Under the pieces are notes generated by a model, which did no database searches, was not told the DNA's origin, and saw only the letters and a program-made list of their open reading frames with translations. From IMG/VR virus record IMGVR_UViG_3300005253_000017, positions 39,841-103,840 of that record: 64,000 nucleotides of DNA; one strand, given 5' to 3'. Of this stretch, positions 38,862 through 48,651 are shown in pieces. Within the stretch, counting starts at the first letter, position 1; each line of letters starts with the position of its first letter. Made by a program: the position numbers and the translations under genes. Source of the stretch: a virus.

Positions 38862-40180
38862 CAGACATCCCAATCCAAATCTATCGCGACACTCCTAATA
38901 TCCGCACCAGAGTTCACATTGTAATCGTCGGTATCCGAATCTATGTAATTCTGAGAGGTAGTCTCGGCAATATGGTTAGTATCATCACCGTAAGAATGCA
39001 TACCTCCCGCGATGTTCTGTAGGTCGCCGTTGGTATTGTCATACATCACGTTGTAATCTTCATAATTCGATGCCTCCCCGGAACCTTCCACCTGCTCAAT
39101 TCCATGGTCCGGATTGCCCGTAAATCGACATCCGACAATGGTTACATTTTCCATTCCAGAAAGTGTTGTTACTCCACTTCCACCAGTGGCGTCAGCTCCG
39201 ACACAGTTGGCCATCAACTGGCAAATACGAAGCTGGGCATATTGATCGTTCCCGTTCTCATACGCAAGACAGCCGACAAAGACGGTGAAGTTTCCGGTAT
39301 TCAATGCACCATTCGCGGTATTCCCCTCAAAAAGGCTGAACAAAATGTGGCAACGGGAATTTAGATAATACAAGCCACTCGAAGTATTGTCTCGAAAGAT
39401 ACAGTGAACAAAGCGGCAATCCAGAAAGTCATTGTTGCTATCAAGACCATCCGCGCCATTATTGGACCAGATGCACCATTCGTATGTATGGAAATAGACG
39501 TACTGATCATCAGTAGTAACCCCATCGGCATTGGCATTTGTAAACTTGAAGTTCCTGAACTTATAACGATGGGGATTATTTGAAAGCAGTATACAATTAT
39601 CGGGGTTGTCACCGACCCCACAGTCTGCGTCTACAGTTACGAGATAGCTACTCCCATCCCCCACTGCCCAACTACCATCCACTCCCTCGAATGTAATGTT
39701 CCCGTTAGTGTTGTCACCGGCCTGGGTGTCCAAATCAAGGCCCGTTGCGGCGGCCACCGTCATGTGCGCTCCCGCGCAAGCGTCGGCCTGGGTGGTGTTA
39801 TATACACCATCGGCGGTACTCACATCACTCACACGATCTCCGGAGTCTAACTCAACTATCATTTCAGTGGCCGTTATCTCGCAAAGGATTCCGTTCCAAT
39901 CGTCGCCATTAGCCCCTCCACCGTCATTGTGATTTTGAACATCGTCACTAACGGCCCAACCATCACCTGTCTTATCTGAATCCACGGTAATCTTCGCAAG
40001 ACGATTTAATTCGCAGGTCCCGGTCTTGACCTTGCATGTATCACCCACGAGCGTAGCAGCAGTTACGGTATCGAACGCCTTCTGAAGTCCGTACGGACCC
40101 TGCCACTGGGAACCGTCGCTATCAGTTCCGTCCTGAGCAACGGCCCACGTTCCGGCAGGATTGCAGTATCGGGTAGCCAT
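38861..40180 (-). CDS. beta-helix virion protein
   Basis: Periodic C.F..N...G repeats. Confidence 0.7.
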   Translation of the reverse strand: MATRYCNPAGTWAVAQDGTDSDGSQWQGPYGLQKAFDTVTAATLVGDTCKVKTGTCELNRLAKITVDSDKTGDGWAVSDDVQNHNDGGGANGDDWNGILCEITATEMIVELDSGDRVSDVSTADGVYNTTQADACAGAHMTVAAATGLDLDTQAGDNTNGNITFEGVDGSWAVGDGSSYLVTVDADCGVGDNPDNCILLSNNPHRYKFRNFKFTNANADGVTTDDQYVYFHTYEWCIWSNNGADGLDSNNDFLDCRFVHCIFRDNTSSGLYYLNSRCHILFSLFEGNTANGALNTGNFTVFVGCLAYENGNDQYAQLRICQLMANCVGADATGGSGVTTLSGMENVTIVGCRFTGNPDHGIEQVEGSGEASNYEDYNVMYDNTNGDLQNIAGGMHSYGDDTNHIAETTSQNYIDSDTDDYNVNSGADIRSVAIDLDWDV

Positions 40181-40641
40181 TACTTGGCCCTCCCGTCTTC
40201 ATATATATAAACTTCCTTCTGAAACTCCTGTGTCGTCACGCCATCAGCGTCCACGACCTTGACGACCCGTACCGAGGGTGACGTCGGCTCAAGGGAGTTC
40301 TTTTCCTCTCGATATTCCTTCTCATCAACATCAACCCATTGTTTCTTGGTCCCAATTCGGTGCTTGCAGTCCTCGGCACAGGCGGGAACAATGCTCTGTT
40401 TAACCCACGACGGATGTTCATGCCCGCAAAAGGATTTCTGCGACCAGTTTCCACCGTTCACGGTCCACGACAGCGGTGCTACACAGTTGACAAAGTTGCC
40501 TGCATCGACGGTTACATACTTCACGTCCTTGCAGATTTCCGTTCCAGATCGAGCCTGAGTATAGTTCCCGCCCGTTACCCTATCGCCCTCCTTGAAGGGC
40601 GGCTCCTTGAAGCTCAAATTGCCGCGTTTAATAGTCGCCAT
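40180..40641 (-). CDS. hypothetical virion-module protein
   Basis: GAGG RBS; GGNY/GNF/GGNW short repeats. Confidence 0.6.
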   Translation of the reverse strand: MATIKRGNLSFKEPPFKEGDRVTGGNYTQARSGTEICKDVKYVTVDAGNFVNCVAPLSWTVNGGNWSQKSFCGHEHPSWVKQSIVPACAEDCKHRIGTKKQWVDVDEKEYREEKNSLEPTSPSVRVVKVVDADGVTTQEFQKEVYIYEDGRAK

Positions 40642-40661
40642 TGTTCAACCTCATCCAATAA

Positions 40662-42653
40662 TCAGAGTTTCATTCCCATACTTACGGTCAAGACTTCCCC
40701 ATCCCCAACAGTTATAGCAGTACTCAGAGGCATAGAAGCGATCAATAACCCAGCGACATCGCTAGTAGAAAGAAAAGCCAACTTCGCTGCATCAAATTCA
40801 CCCGCACCACCAGTAAATGTTACCGTATCCAATCTCACACCATAAGTAGTCGTAAAATCAGAGATAGTAAACCCCACATCTGAACTCGCCACACTCTGTC
40901 TTGCATATCCAGTCCCTGTTACCTCTGTTAAATTAGCAATGGTATCGCTTTCCAACAATGAGTTATCCGTTGCCAATCCCACATAAAAATTCGTCGGGAC
41001 TATGTCTTCTTCGGAAAATGCAATTTCCATCACATACCGAAGACCTTCGGCATGAATTTCAGCAGTCCCCGCAAATTCATACGCCCCAATATCCCAGGCA
41101 CTACCTTGCGGGCGACTGATACCGTTAAGGTCTTCGGCAATGTCCACCCCGAAGGCAGCAAAGTAAGTATCGATGATATTTGAGATCAGCGTGCCATCAC
41201 CAGCGTCCTTGCATGGCGATCCAGTTGGGATAGTGAAGTCGCTATTGTCCGGGTCAGTAAAGTCCGGATCGCTCTCGATGCAGTCCTGTCCCTTAGATGT
41301 TGCGGCCTGAAACGCCGCAAGATTGTAGCTTGTGCCTCCCCACCGGATTACCGTGGCAGAGCCGCCATCATAGAACGAATTGTTCTTCACCGTCGAGTCA
41401 TTATCTGGCGAGTTTACGAAAATATGATACCCAGTCGCTTCGTTGATTGTGTCGAATATATTATTCTGAATATGCTCGACGGCCTGTATTACTGAAGAAT
41501 ACCCTGTCGGAACGTCGTGGCAGGTATTATTGACGACGTAGCGCACCGCCGAACCCCACAAGTTGATTGCGGCATGACAGTACCCGGTTGCGCCATTAAA
41601 TGAATCGGTGGTGATGTCGTGAATGTCGTTTCCAATCACATACACGGTCCCTGATGCGCCCTCACCCGCCCGGATTCCGAACTGCTCGTCATGTATGTGG
41701 TTGAAGATAATCCACACATTGTCCGGTGAATACTGGTATCCAATCCCAGCACCGTCGCCGTCAGCTAGGGCGTTCGAGTAACACTCGTTTTCGCTGAATA
41801 CGACATAGCTCGACTGCTTAGTCCAGAACGCAGTCTGCTTGTTACTGTACCCCTTGTTCCCTGCGATATAAATGTGATGAACGTAAGAATTGTCAGTTTC
41901 GGGCCAAGGGTTAGCCTGAACGCCACTGCCGCTGTTCTGGTAATATAGGCTCTCCAGAACCCATATATTGTTAGAGTATATTGCTATGTATGTCCCCATT
42001 ATGTCTTGGTCTTCTTCGGGCGGAAGCTCCCAGTTACCATTATCATGTACGTCATTGTCATAGAACACGATGTTCGTAACGGGAGACTCCGCGGTCCCCA
42101 ACGTGGTCAAGGCGCTGCCGCTAGGATTGAGATTCCCATGCACATTGCAGGTGCGTGTTGCGGCGTAACTACACGGCGAGTAGAAGCGCATCTGACCCGT
42201 CGCACCACCAGATAGGTCATCATCCGCATCCTTAAACTCGATATTCTCGACGATGAAGTATGTTCCATAGACATAGACGCGGCCAAGCAGTTTCGCGCTT
42301 CCGCCAACTGTTCCCCGGATAAATACTGGGAGTCCCGACGTGCCGGATGAGGTTATGCCGATAGTGCTGACTGGGTAGGCGGGCGCGTTGTGTATCTCGC
42401 AGACGCTACCAGCCGAGAATGTCGTGGGAACGGTCAATCGCGGCGTAGACGGGGAGCCGAGTGGGTTCGCCGTGTCGGTGGCGCTGCCGTGGTCGGGGTC
42501 GATGTAATGGGTGTACGGGCCGTCGCTGTTCGTCCTATATGACTCAGCCCCGCCGCCGTAATCATAGGTATACGAAACATCGGAATACTCCCAATGGGTC
42601 TCGTCAATCCCGAAGGTTGGTGTCGGTATTCCTTTTCGTCCAGCCCAAGCCAT
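40662..42653 (-). CDS. pectin-lyase-like beta-helix tailspike with C-terminal anchor domain
   Basis: N.IHD repeats, GSPCKDAG, RPQGSAWDIGAYEF; C-term paralogous to 42685..43119. Confidence 0.78.
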   Translation of the reverse strand: MAWAGRKGIPTPTFGIDETHWEYSDVSYTYDYGGGAESYRTNSDGPYTHYIDPDHGSATDTANPLGSPSTPRLTVPTTFSAGSVCEIHNAPAYPVSTIGITSSGTSGLPVFIRGTVGGSAKLLGRVYVYGTYFIVENIEFKDADDDLSGGATGQMRFYSPCSYAATRTCNVHGNLNPSGSALTTLGTAESPVTNIVFYDNDVHDNGNWELPPEEDQDIMGTYIAIYSNNIWVLESLYYQNSGSGVQANPWPETDNSYVHHIYIAGNKGYSNKQTAFWTKQSSYVVFSENECYSNALADGDGAGIGYQYSPDNVWIIFNHIHDEQFGIRAGEGASGTVYVIGNDIHDITTDSFNGATGYCHAAINLWGSAVRYVVNNTCHDVPTGYSSVIQAVEHIQNNIFDTINEATGYHIFVNSPDNDSTVKNNSFYDGGSATVIRWGGTSYNLAAFQAATSKGQDCIESDPDFTDPDNSDFTIPTGSPCKDAGDGTLISNIIDTYFAAFGVDIAEDLNGISRPQGSAWDIGAYEFAGTAEIHAEGLRYVMEIAFSEEDIVPTNFYVGLATDNSLLESDTIANLTEVTGTGYARQSVASSDVGFTISDFTTTYGVRLDTVTFTGGAGEFDAAKLAFLSTSDVAGLLIASMPLSTAITVGDGEVLTVSMGMKL

Positions 42654-42684
42654 AGCCTACACACCTACCACCCTACTTACTGTT

Positions 42685-43119
42685 TTAACCTTCCAATTCA
42701 AGCTGCATTGCTACCTGGAGCGAGTCACCTGTGGTCAATGACCGCGCCGTACCTAAGTCGGCGGCCGCCATCGTAATGCCACCGTCTCCACCCACATCAG
42801 ACATAATCATTGCTACGGCTCCAGCCGTTTTCCAACCAACACCGCTACAGGTAAATGTCTGGGTGAGCGTCGTGGCAATTACGTCAGCCCCGGTGATATC
42901 CGACACGGTGAACCCAACGTCAGACGTCGCCACGGTCTGCCTGTTGTATCCATTTGATCCGGGCGTTTCTATCTCAGTCCAGTCAGACCAAGCGTCGGTC
43001 TCCGCAACTCCGGTATCCGAGATAAGTGCCAGGTAAAAATTCGCGGGCACAGTATCTTCCTCACTGAATGAAACCTGAAGCACGTACTTCAGTCCTTCTC
43101 TTACCCATTCTGATGCCAT
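42685..43119 (-). CDS. virion fibre/anchor protein
   Basis: FYLAL..E...NGYNRQ pattern; 5 SD. Confidence 0.7.
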   Translation of the reverse strand: MASEWVREGLKYVLQVSFSEEDTVPANFYLALISDTGVAETDAWSDWTEIETPGSNGYNRQTVATSDVGFTVSDITGADVIATTLTQTFTCSGVGWKTAGAVAMIMSDVGGDGGITMAAADLGTARSLTTGDSLQVAMQLELEG

Positions 43120-43131
43120 CTTACATCCCTC

Positions 43132-43374
43132 CTACTTCAGCATTGCCCAAGCATTCAGTATGCCAAGGCCACCTAAAAACGCTATCAATAACCAAAGGCG
43201 CAGTCGCACCTTGTCCAATCTCTTTGTCAAAGGACACGTCTCTTCCCTAGTAGCCATATGCTCTGACATAATCTCTCTAGCACCCTCGCGTCCGGCCTCC
43301 AATGCGATATCCCTGGCCCACTCATCGAGAGGCACGCGAATCTTAATCTTGCTGCCGTTCACGTCATCCGACAT
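43132..43374 (-). CDS. small protein with C-terminal TM (holin-like?)
   Basis: LWLLIAFLGGLGILNAW. Confidence 0.5.
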   Translation of the reverse strand: MSDDVNGSKIKIRVPLDEWARDIALEAGREGAREIMSEHMATREETCPLTKRLDKVRLRLWLLIAFLGGLGILNAWAMLK

Positions 43375-44548
43375 TCTTTAGACCCACCCTCTTTCCCAGT
43401 AATTCCTCAAACAGGGTGATGAACTGTTGCGCTGTATTCGCCGAATCGAATTCCCGTTCAGCTGTTTCCCTGTTGCGCTTCATCTCTCGGTCTCGATTAT
43501 CTCTCCACGCCTTCCATGCGGATTCTATCGCTTCAGCAAATTCGGGGAGGTCCTCAGGCTCCGCCGTAAATGGCGTGTACTGATTGCCGGTACCGGCGAC
43601 TACCTGAAGCCCACAGGCTAGGGCCTCCCTAACTGTCCGCGTCGCCATCCTGTGGGGCGTTATCAGTATGTCAGCCGCCGAGTATACGTCCCGTAGGTGA
43701 TGAACCATTGGCAGCAGTTCGCCCAATATCTTTCGTTCCTTGAGACAATCGAATAATACGTTCTTGCCCCGCCCATTCTTATCCACCCCGTAAAAGTGTA
43801 TCCTCGCTTCCGGGCACTTCTGGGCGAACAGGACAAAGGCGTTCAATACATGGAAGGGGTCCTTATCCATTCGCCAGATGTCGGCCACGACCACGTTTGG
43901 CTTTCCGGCCCGTCCACCAAAGTCATAATCGGTATCCTGCCTGGTCCAGTATTCCAAGTTAACAAAGGGAGAGAACGCACGCACATCCGGGAACACGAGC
44001 CTCCAGTAATGCTCAAATCCCGGCCACAGCGTTACCATCGTCTTCCATCGGGGTTCGTCATTCATCTTCTTGTAGATACTGTATATCGGGGTGGCTCCGC
44101 TCTGCTCAATCCTATATGAGCTATTCGGCCTCCCATGGGCAACGTGAATCCAAGGGCCTTTGTGATCAAAGAACTGCTTATCAACCCCACTGTGACTCAC
44201 GATAATATCTGACTCGATGGCGAAGCTTGGGGGAGCAATGCACACACCCCTGTCCGCGTGCCAGTCAGGCGGTCGGAAGGGAATCTGCTGTTCGTCAAGA
44301 ACGATGTCAAACTCCTCATCGCATTTGGGACACTTGCCCTTCTTCATCTTCCGCTGGACCTTACCGTCAACTTCTTTCCGGGAAGGTCGGGGGTCCACTA
44401 TATGAGCGTTGATGCCCAGCTTCCGCTCGGCCAGCACCAGGTCGCGGGCGGTCTCGTACATCCCACAGGCGTGCGGAGTCGCGGGAACCACGTGCGCCAC
44501 CTTTAACTTCTTAGGTCGTCTCTTAATTTTTGTCTTCTTCTTTATCAT
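43364..44548 (-). CDS. GT4 glycosyltransferase inside the virion module
   Basis: CGMYETARDL, RMDKDP, YSAADILI, VREALACGLQVV. Confidence 0.85.
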   Translation of the reverse strand: MIKKKTKIKRRPKKLKVAHVVPATPHACGMYETARDLVLAERKLGINAHIVDPRPSRKEVDGKVQRKMKKGKCPKCDEEFDIVLDEQQIPFRPPDWHADRGVCIAPPSFAIESDIIVSHSGVDKQFFDHKGPWIHVAHGRPNSSYRIEQSGATPIYSIYKKMNDEPRWKTMVTLWPGFEHYWRLVFPDVRAFSPFVNLEYWTRQDTDYDFGGRAGKPNVVVADIWRMDKDPFHVLNAFVLFAQKCPEARIHFYGVDKNGRGKNVLFDCLKERKILGELLPMVHHLRDVYSAADILITPHRMATRTVREALACGLQVVAGTGNQYTPFTAEPEDLPEFAEAIESAWKAWRDNRDREMKRNRETAEREFDSANTAQQFITLFEELLGKRVGLKNVG

Positions 44549-44551
44549 TAC

Positions 44552-45163
44552 CTACTCATCATATTCATGCAACCCCACAAGAAACTTGGCGGTCGCGTTG
44601 TTTGTTGCATTCCAGCAACGAGCATAGATTTTTAAACCCACATCTAGTCGAGGCATCTGAAGTTCGACAGGAGCACCATTTGATTTAGTGCCCGTGGTTA
44701 AATTTTCAGCTAAAAATTCCGAGAAATCGCTATCAGCTATCGCGTCCGACAGCACGTCGCTCGTGCCCGCTCCCACATAATAGATTCGGAATTTATAGAG
44801 GGTATCCGCCGACAAATCGTCGATGAGAATATGGTGCATATCAAACTTCGTCTTGCCAACCCCTACCGGCGTGTCCGTTGTCCCAATCACAAGGGCCTCA
44901 TCATTGGCATCTGTACCATAGGTATTGGCCCCAGAAATACATGTAAAGTCAGAAAGAGAATCCGTCGTACCCCAAGCACTAACACCGACCTGCGTGGCCC
45001 GCTTGCCAAACCAACACTCACGGGAATGATGGTGGGTTTCAAGTGTCCCGGATTCAATGTTTGTATCAGATACGATTTGGGCAACATCAGACAACTGAGA
45101 ACCCAAGACGGCAACTTCCGCTGTTACATATGTCGATGATACTCCAGCCGCATTCCAAGTCAT
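44552..45163 (-). CDS. putative virion protein
   Basis: Position; beta-rich; 6 SD. Confidence 0.62.
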   Translation of the reverse strand: MTWNAAGVSSTYVTAEVAVLGSQLSDVAQIVSDTNIESGTLETHHHSRECWFGKRATQVGVSAWGTTDSLSDFTCISGANTYGTDANDEALVIGTTDTPVGVGKTKFDMHHILIDDLSADTLYKFRIYYVGAGTSDVLSDAIADSDFSEFLAENLTTGTKSNGAPVELQMPRLDVGLKIYARCWNATNNATAKFLVGLHEYDE

Positions 45164-45167
45164 TTAT

Positions 45168-46496
45168 TCACACTCCCACCCCGCACATTGCTAGGCTACC
45201 GACTGCAGGGGCGAACTCGACATCCGAGTTGCCGGTTCCATCGACAGACCCGTATCCCTGTATCGTGCCTCCGACACTCATATCGAGAGCCGTAATCGTT
45301 CCAAGCCGTATCGTCCCGTTGGTGTTAGCGATGTCTGCAGCGGCGATGCCGGTGGCGTTGAGGTTGCCGGAACACTCAACATCCGCTGTGCCAAAGTCGA
45401 TCCCGTTACCAGCGTTGTTAGCCGCGTTTCCGTAACGGAGACTTGCAATCTGATGATAACCTGAACCAAAATCAATCTTCCCCCAGCGACCCGCACTGGC
45501 AGCAGGCGTCCCTAAGACAACCTCGCTCTCGCCTCCTTTGATGTCGAATGTTACCATATCAAGCGTGACAGTTCTGTCGCCGCTGCTGCCGTATATGCGA
45601 ATTACTCCAGTACCTGTGTTGAGATCTCCATCCATTGTAAGCACGTTGCCATCATAACCTTGAAGATTAAATAGCGCATTATTGAGGGTGATGCCTGCTC
45701 CGCTGGACCGGCTTCCGCTAAGATTGATTGTCGTATTAGAACTTGCGGTACCTGCGAAAGACCAAAAATTGTCGGGAGGAAAACGCACATAGAATAGGTT
45801 AGCACCTTGATAAGTACCTGACCCAGCGAGTTTCCTACAGTAGAACGTGCCGATGAGCGTGCCAACGACACCTGCTGCGATGTTTAGTCCAGCAAGCGCA
45901 TTACTGGGGCCAGCGTTGATGAGACTCCCCGTACCTGACATCGTCCAATCGCCAGTCGTGGTGATTGTTCCTGCACAAATGATGCTACCTGCAATATCGA
46001 AGTCATTCCCGCCGTCTGCGAAGGTCCCGGTTACCACTTGGAAGTTATCCACCAGCGAATCCGCTTGGAGCGTGACTGTAGAACCTGCATTGAGGATAAG
46101 TCCAAAGATGCGTACACCAGCGGTTAGTTGATATGCTCCTCCACCGTCAAAGTTCAACCGCCCGGTCATGCCGGTCATGATGAGGTTAGCACCTACCGTG
46201 ACATGCCCGGCTACGAGGATGTCCCCGCCTCCGGTGAACGTCCCGCTGAGATTGGTAATCACCCCGTCGCAGTCGATGTCGTTGTTCATGCTGACTGAGC
46301 CGGTGAACCCGGTCATGGTCAACCCGCCGATATTGACATTATTATCCATCGTCGCGGCACCGGAGTTGACCGTAAAGATTGCAACGTCTCCCGCTCCGGG
46401 CGGAGCGACATCCTGAACACCGTCGTCCGCGTCACACCAGTTGTCCGGCGCGCCGGGCCAGTTGAAGGCGGCTTGTGGAGCGTACTTATTTGCCAT
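45168..46496 (-). CDS. Gly/Thr/Asn-rich beta-solenoid virion protein
   Basis: NW...NW...PGAGDVAIF start typical of passenger-like solenoids. Confidence 0.65.
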   Translation of the reverse strand: MANKYAPQAAFNWPGAPDNWCDADDGVQDVAPPGAGDVAIFTVNSGAATMDNNVNIGGLTMTGFTGSVSMNNDIDCDGVITNLSGTFTGGGDILVAGHVTVGANLIMTGMTGRLNFDGGGAYQLTAGVRIFGLILNAGSTVTLQADSLVDNFQVVTGTFADGGNDFDIAGSIICAGTITTTGDWTMSGTGSLINAGPSNALAGLNIAAGVVGTLIGTFYCRKLAGSGTYQGANLFYVRFPPDNFWSFAGTASSNTTINLSGSRSSGAGITLNNALFNLQGYDGNVLTMDGDLNTGTGVIRIYGSSGDRTVTLDMVTFDIKGGESEVVLGTPAASAGRWGKIDFGSGYHQIASLRYGNAANNAGNGIDFGTADVECSGNLNATGIAAADIANTNGTIRLGTITALDMSVGGTIQGYGSVDGTGNSDVEFAPAVGSLAMCGVGV

Positions 46497-46573
46497 CAGA
46501 TCGGCTCCAGGGCCGGTTCCTCACTGGCGAGGTCGATCTTCGTAACTCGGAAAGCTGTTACTGTTTTAGACAT
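46496..46573 (-). CDS. 25-aa peptide (not in ORF track)
   Basis: AAGGAG RBS, MSKTVTAFRVTKIDLASEEPALEPI, TGATG coupling. Confidence 0.45.
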   Translation of the reverse strand: MSKTVTAFRVTKIDLASEEPALEPI

Positions 46574-46586
46574 CCTACTGTACTCC

Positions 46587-46976
46587 TTACGATGTGGCCT
46601 TACTGACCTTTACCCCACCGTGAACACCCGAAGTGCTCGCAACCAGTGTAAGGTACTTGCTAGAAGCGCTTGTCGGGATACCGTCAGCGGCGAGACCAAA
46701 TTCGATCATAACCCCCCCCTTAGTCGCAAACTCAGCCGGACCCCAAACGCTTACCTCGCTAGTTCCCGCTCCGTCGTCATCATAGTAGATACCGACCGAC
46801 CCGGCCGCGTCCATCGTAAAGTGCATCGCGTGAAGCCGCTGAACCGATGTGCCCGTAGGTGCCAGGAGGGTTTGCCGTCCGGCGGCAGGCAATGAGACTA
46901 CGACGGACGTAAAGGTAAGCCCCGCTCCGACAGCAGATTCCATTGCCACCAATCCTGAAGCTGTATTCCAAGCCAT
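46587..46976 (-). CDS. putative virion protein
   Basis: Operon packing; beta-rich. Confidence 0.6.
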   Translation of the reverse strand: MAWNTASGLVAMESAVGAGLTFTSVVVSLPAAGRQTLLAPTGTSVQRLHAMHFTMDAAGSVGIYYDDDGAGTSEVSVWGPAEFATKGGVMIEFGLAADGIPTSASSKYLTLVASTSGVHGGVKVSKATS

Positions 46977-47363
46977 TTATCTCACCATCCATCTCACGGC
47001 CGTCATCGCGTCACTCGCCGTATTGCATGCCGCCCTAAATCTAGTAGCATAGGCTCCCTTGAGTCTCATCCACAACATCCCGGTTGATCCTACTCCTAAC
47101 GCAGTCATATCCGTATCACAACCCAACAGAGGTTCTTGTATACCTGTAGTAAAATCTGACGCTGTACTTGCTACCGTATGAAAGCTCGCGGACGAATGGG
47201 GTTGAACCTGAATGTCGAAGGAGACAAAGACATTTCCCACGTCTGAATTTCCGACTTCAGCCCACAGGTATTCCGCCCCCTCTCGAACTACTATTGTTTC
47301 CAGAACCGTAGTGTCCGAATCTACAGCTACGTCGGAAATTGTTCCCTTCCAGCCTGTAACCAT
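46977..47363 (-). CDS. putative virion protein
   Basis: AGGAGG RBS; 5 SD. Confidence 0.65.
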   Translation of the reverse strand: MVTGWKGTISDVAVDSDTTVLETIVVREGAEYLWAEVGNSDVGNVFVSFDIQVQPHSSASFHTVASTASDFTTGIQEPLLGCDTDMTALGVGSTGMLWMRLKGAYATRFRAACNTASDAMTAVRWMVR

Positions 47364-47501
47364 CTTTCCCTCCTGCTAATGGTGGTGGGGAAGGGCGCAT
47401 TGAAGTGTCGCTATTCCCGGCCATCACATTTGGTGCTCCGCCCCACGGGACTGCTCAGGAGCACGATGTCTATTGTGCGTCCCGTGGTAAATCTTTGGTT
47501 G

Positions 47502-47861
47502 TTACTCTGCGTCTTCGTCCTTCACAGAACGACGTTTTCTCTCTGTAGTCTTTGTCTCAAGGATAATCGCCATGGATTTAAGCCCCTTCATCTCATCATC
47601 CTTCTTAATCGCAATCAGTTCCTCAGCCACACGCCCCGGAACCCACATCTGGGCGGTCTCGTGATTCCACTTCACGGTCTTCTTTCCGTTAGGGTCAATT
47701 TCCTCTTCCTTTGTCATGTGCAACATCTTACTATTGATTCGCACATAGTTAGGAGACTGAACCTCAATCAATACATTTGCATCTTCCGTATCCGGATCGA
47801 AATTGTGCCCCTTCTTGGGGTTCCATTCCATCGTCTGTCCTACTGTCGCTTCTGCCATCAT
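47502..47861 (-). CDS. hypothetical protein
   Basis: GGAG RBS; charged. Confidence 0.6.
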   Translation of the reverse strand: MMAEATVGQTMEWNPKKGHNFDPDTEDANVLIEVQSPNYVRINSKMLHMTKEEEIDPNGKKTVKWNHETAQMWVPGRVAEELIAIKKDDEMKGLKSMAIILETKTTERKRRSVKDEDAE

Positions 47862-47966
47862 TTACTTACTCCAAGCTCCGTTCATTTCGCAACGGGCCTT
47901 AATCCTAACCGAAGGCGGTAGCCCCCGGATAGGAGACAATATACTCAAGCCAATGGGGAAGCTCTA

Positions 47967-48434
47967 TCATACCACCATGCGCACGTGACCCACATTCGAT
48001 CCAGCGTCACTCACCCAAAGTGTTCCCACAGGGCCAGTTGGGGCCACATCGGACAGCCCAGAGAGCACCAAGACATCCGAGTCGGCCTTATAATACATCC
48101 GATAATCAATATCATCACCAAACTGAAGCTGCTGCGTATCGGAGAACTTTACGTCCGCCCCAGAAATCGCCCAAGTTCCACCCAAAACCACTAAAGACCC
48201 ATTCCAAGTCATCGTGGCGTCGCCGCCGTCACCTAACTGAAGTTCTTGGGTATCCGAAAAACGAATATCGCCACCCTTAAACTCAAATGCCGTATATGTG
48301 GTGTTGTACCGCATTCCCACATCGCCGTCATTGCCGAAGTAAAAATATGCATTGTCCCGCATAAATACAGCGTCGGGATACTTCTCCATCGCGGAATTTG
48401 TTTGGCGGGTTGAATCAATTGCAATCGTAGCCAT
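47967..48434 (-). CDS. putative head fibre/decoration protein
   Basis: Three F.D...L.[FL]GD..D repeats; 5 SD. Confidence 0.65.
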   Translation of the reverse strand: MATIAIDSTRQTNSAMEKYPDAVFMRDNAYFYFGNDGDVGMRYNTTYTAFEFKGGDIRFSDTQELQLGDGGDATMTWNGSLVVLGGTWAISGADVKFSDTQQLQFGDDIDYRMYYKADSDVLVLSGLSDVAPTGPVGTLWVSDAGSNVGHVRMVV

Positions 48435-48546
48435 TTGCTACTCCTATCGTCCCAATCCCAACCCAGGCTTCATACGTGCTAGCCACTCGGGCGGGTAGGA
48501 CGGCCAGAATCCCGAGTCTTTTACACACTTGCCCATATACAAAATA

Positions 48547-48584
48547 TCAGGGTCGAGGGAAAGGAGACAAAACCTCGACCCTGA
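48547..48584 (-). terminator. perfect 12-bp hairpin with anti-RBS loop, followed by TATTTT
   Basis: TCAGGGTCGAGG-TTTTGTCTCCTTTC-CCTCGACCCTGA on - strand. Confidence 0.65.
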
Positions 48585-48651
48585 CTCCCTCCAAAATCAT
48601 GCATGCCTTCTTCGCACGCATGCCCTCTACTTCTTACTTAACTAACTGCGG

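Noticed and set aside
38855-38880. Programmed frameshift fusing the beta-helix and repeat proteins
   Set aside because: The -1 frame is briefly open, but there is no canonical slippery heptamer and TGATG coupling explains the junction
47750-47760. Fourth anti-RBS site (AGGAGAC on + strand)
   Set aside because: Inside a coding region, shorter match, no enclosing hairpin
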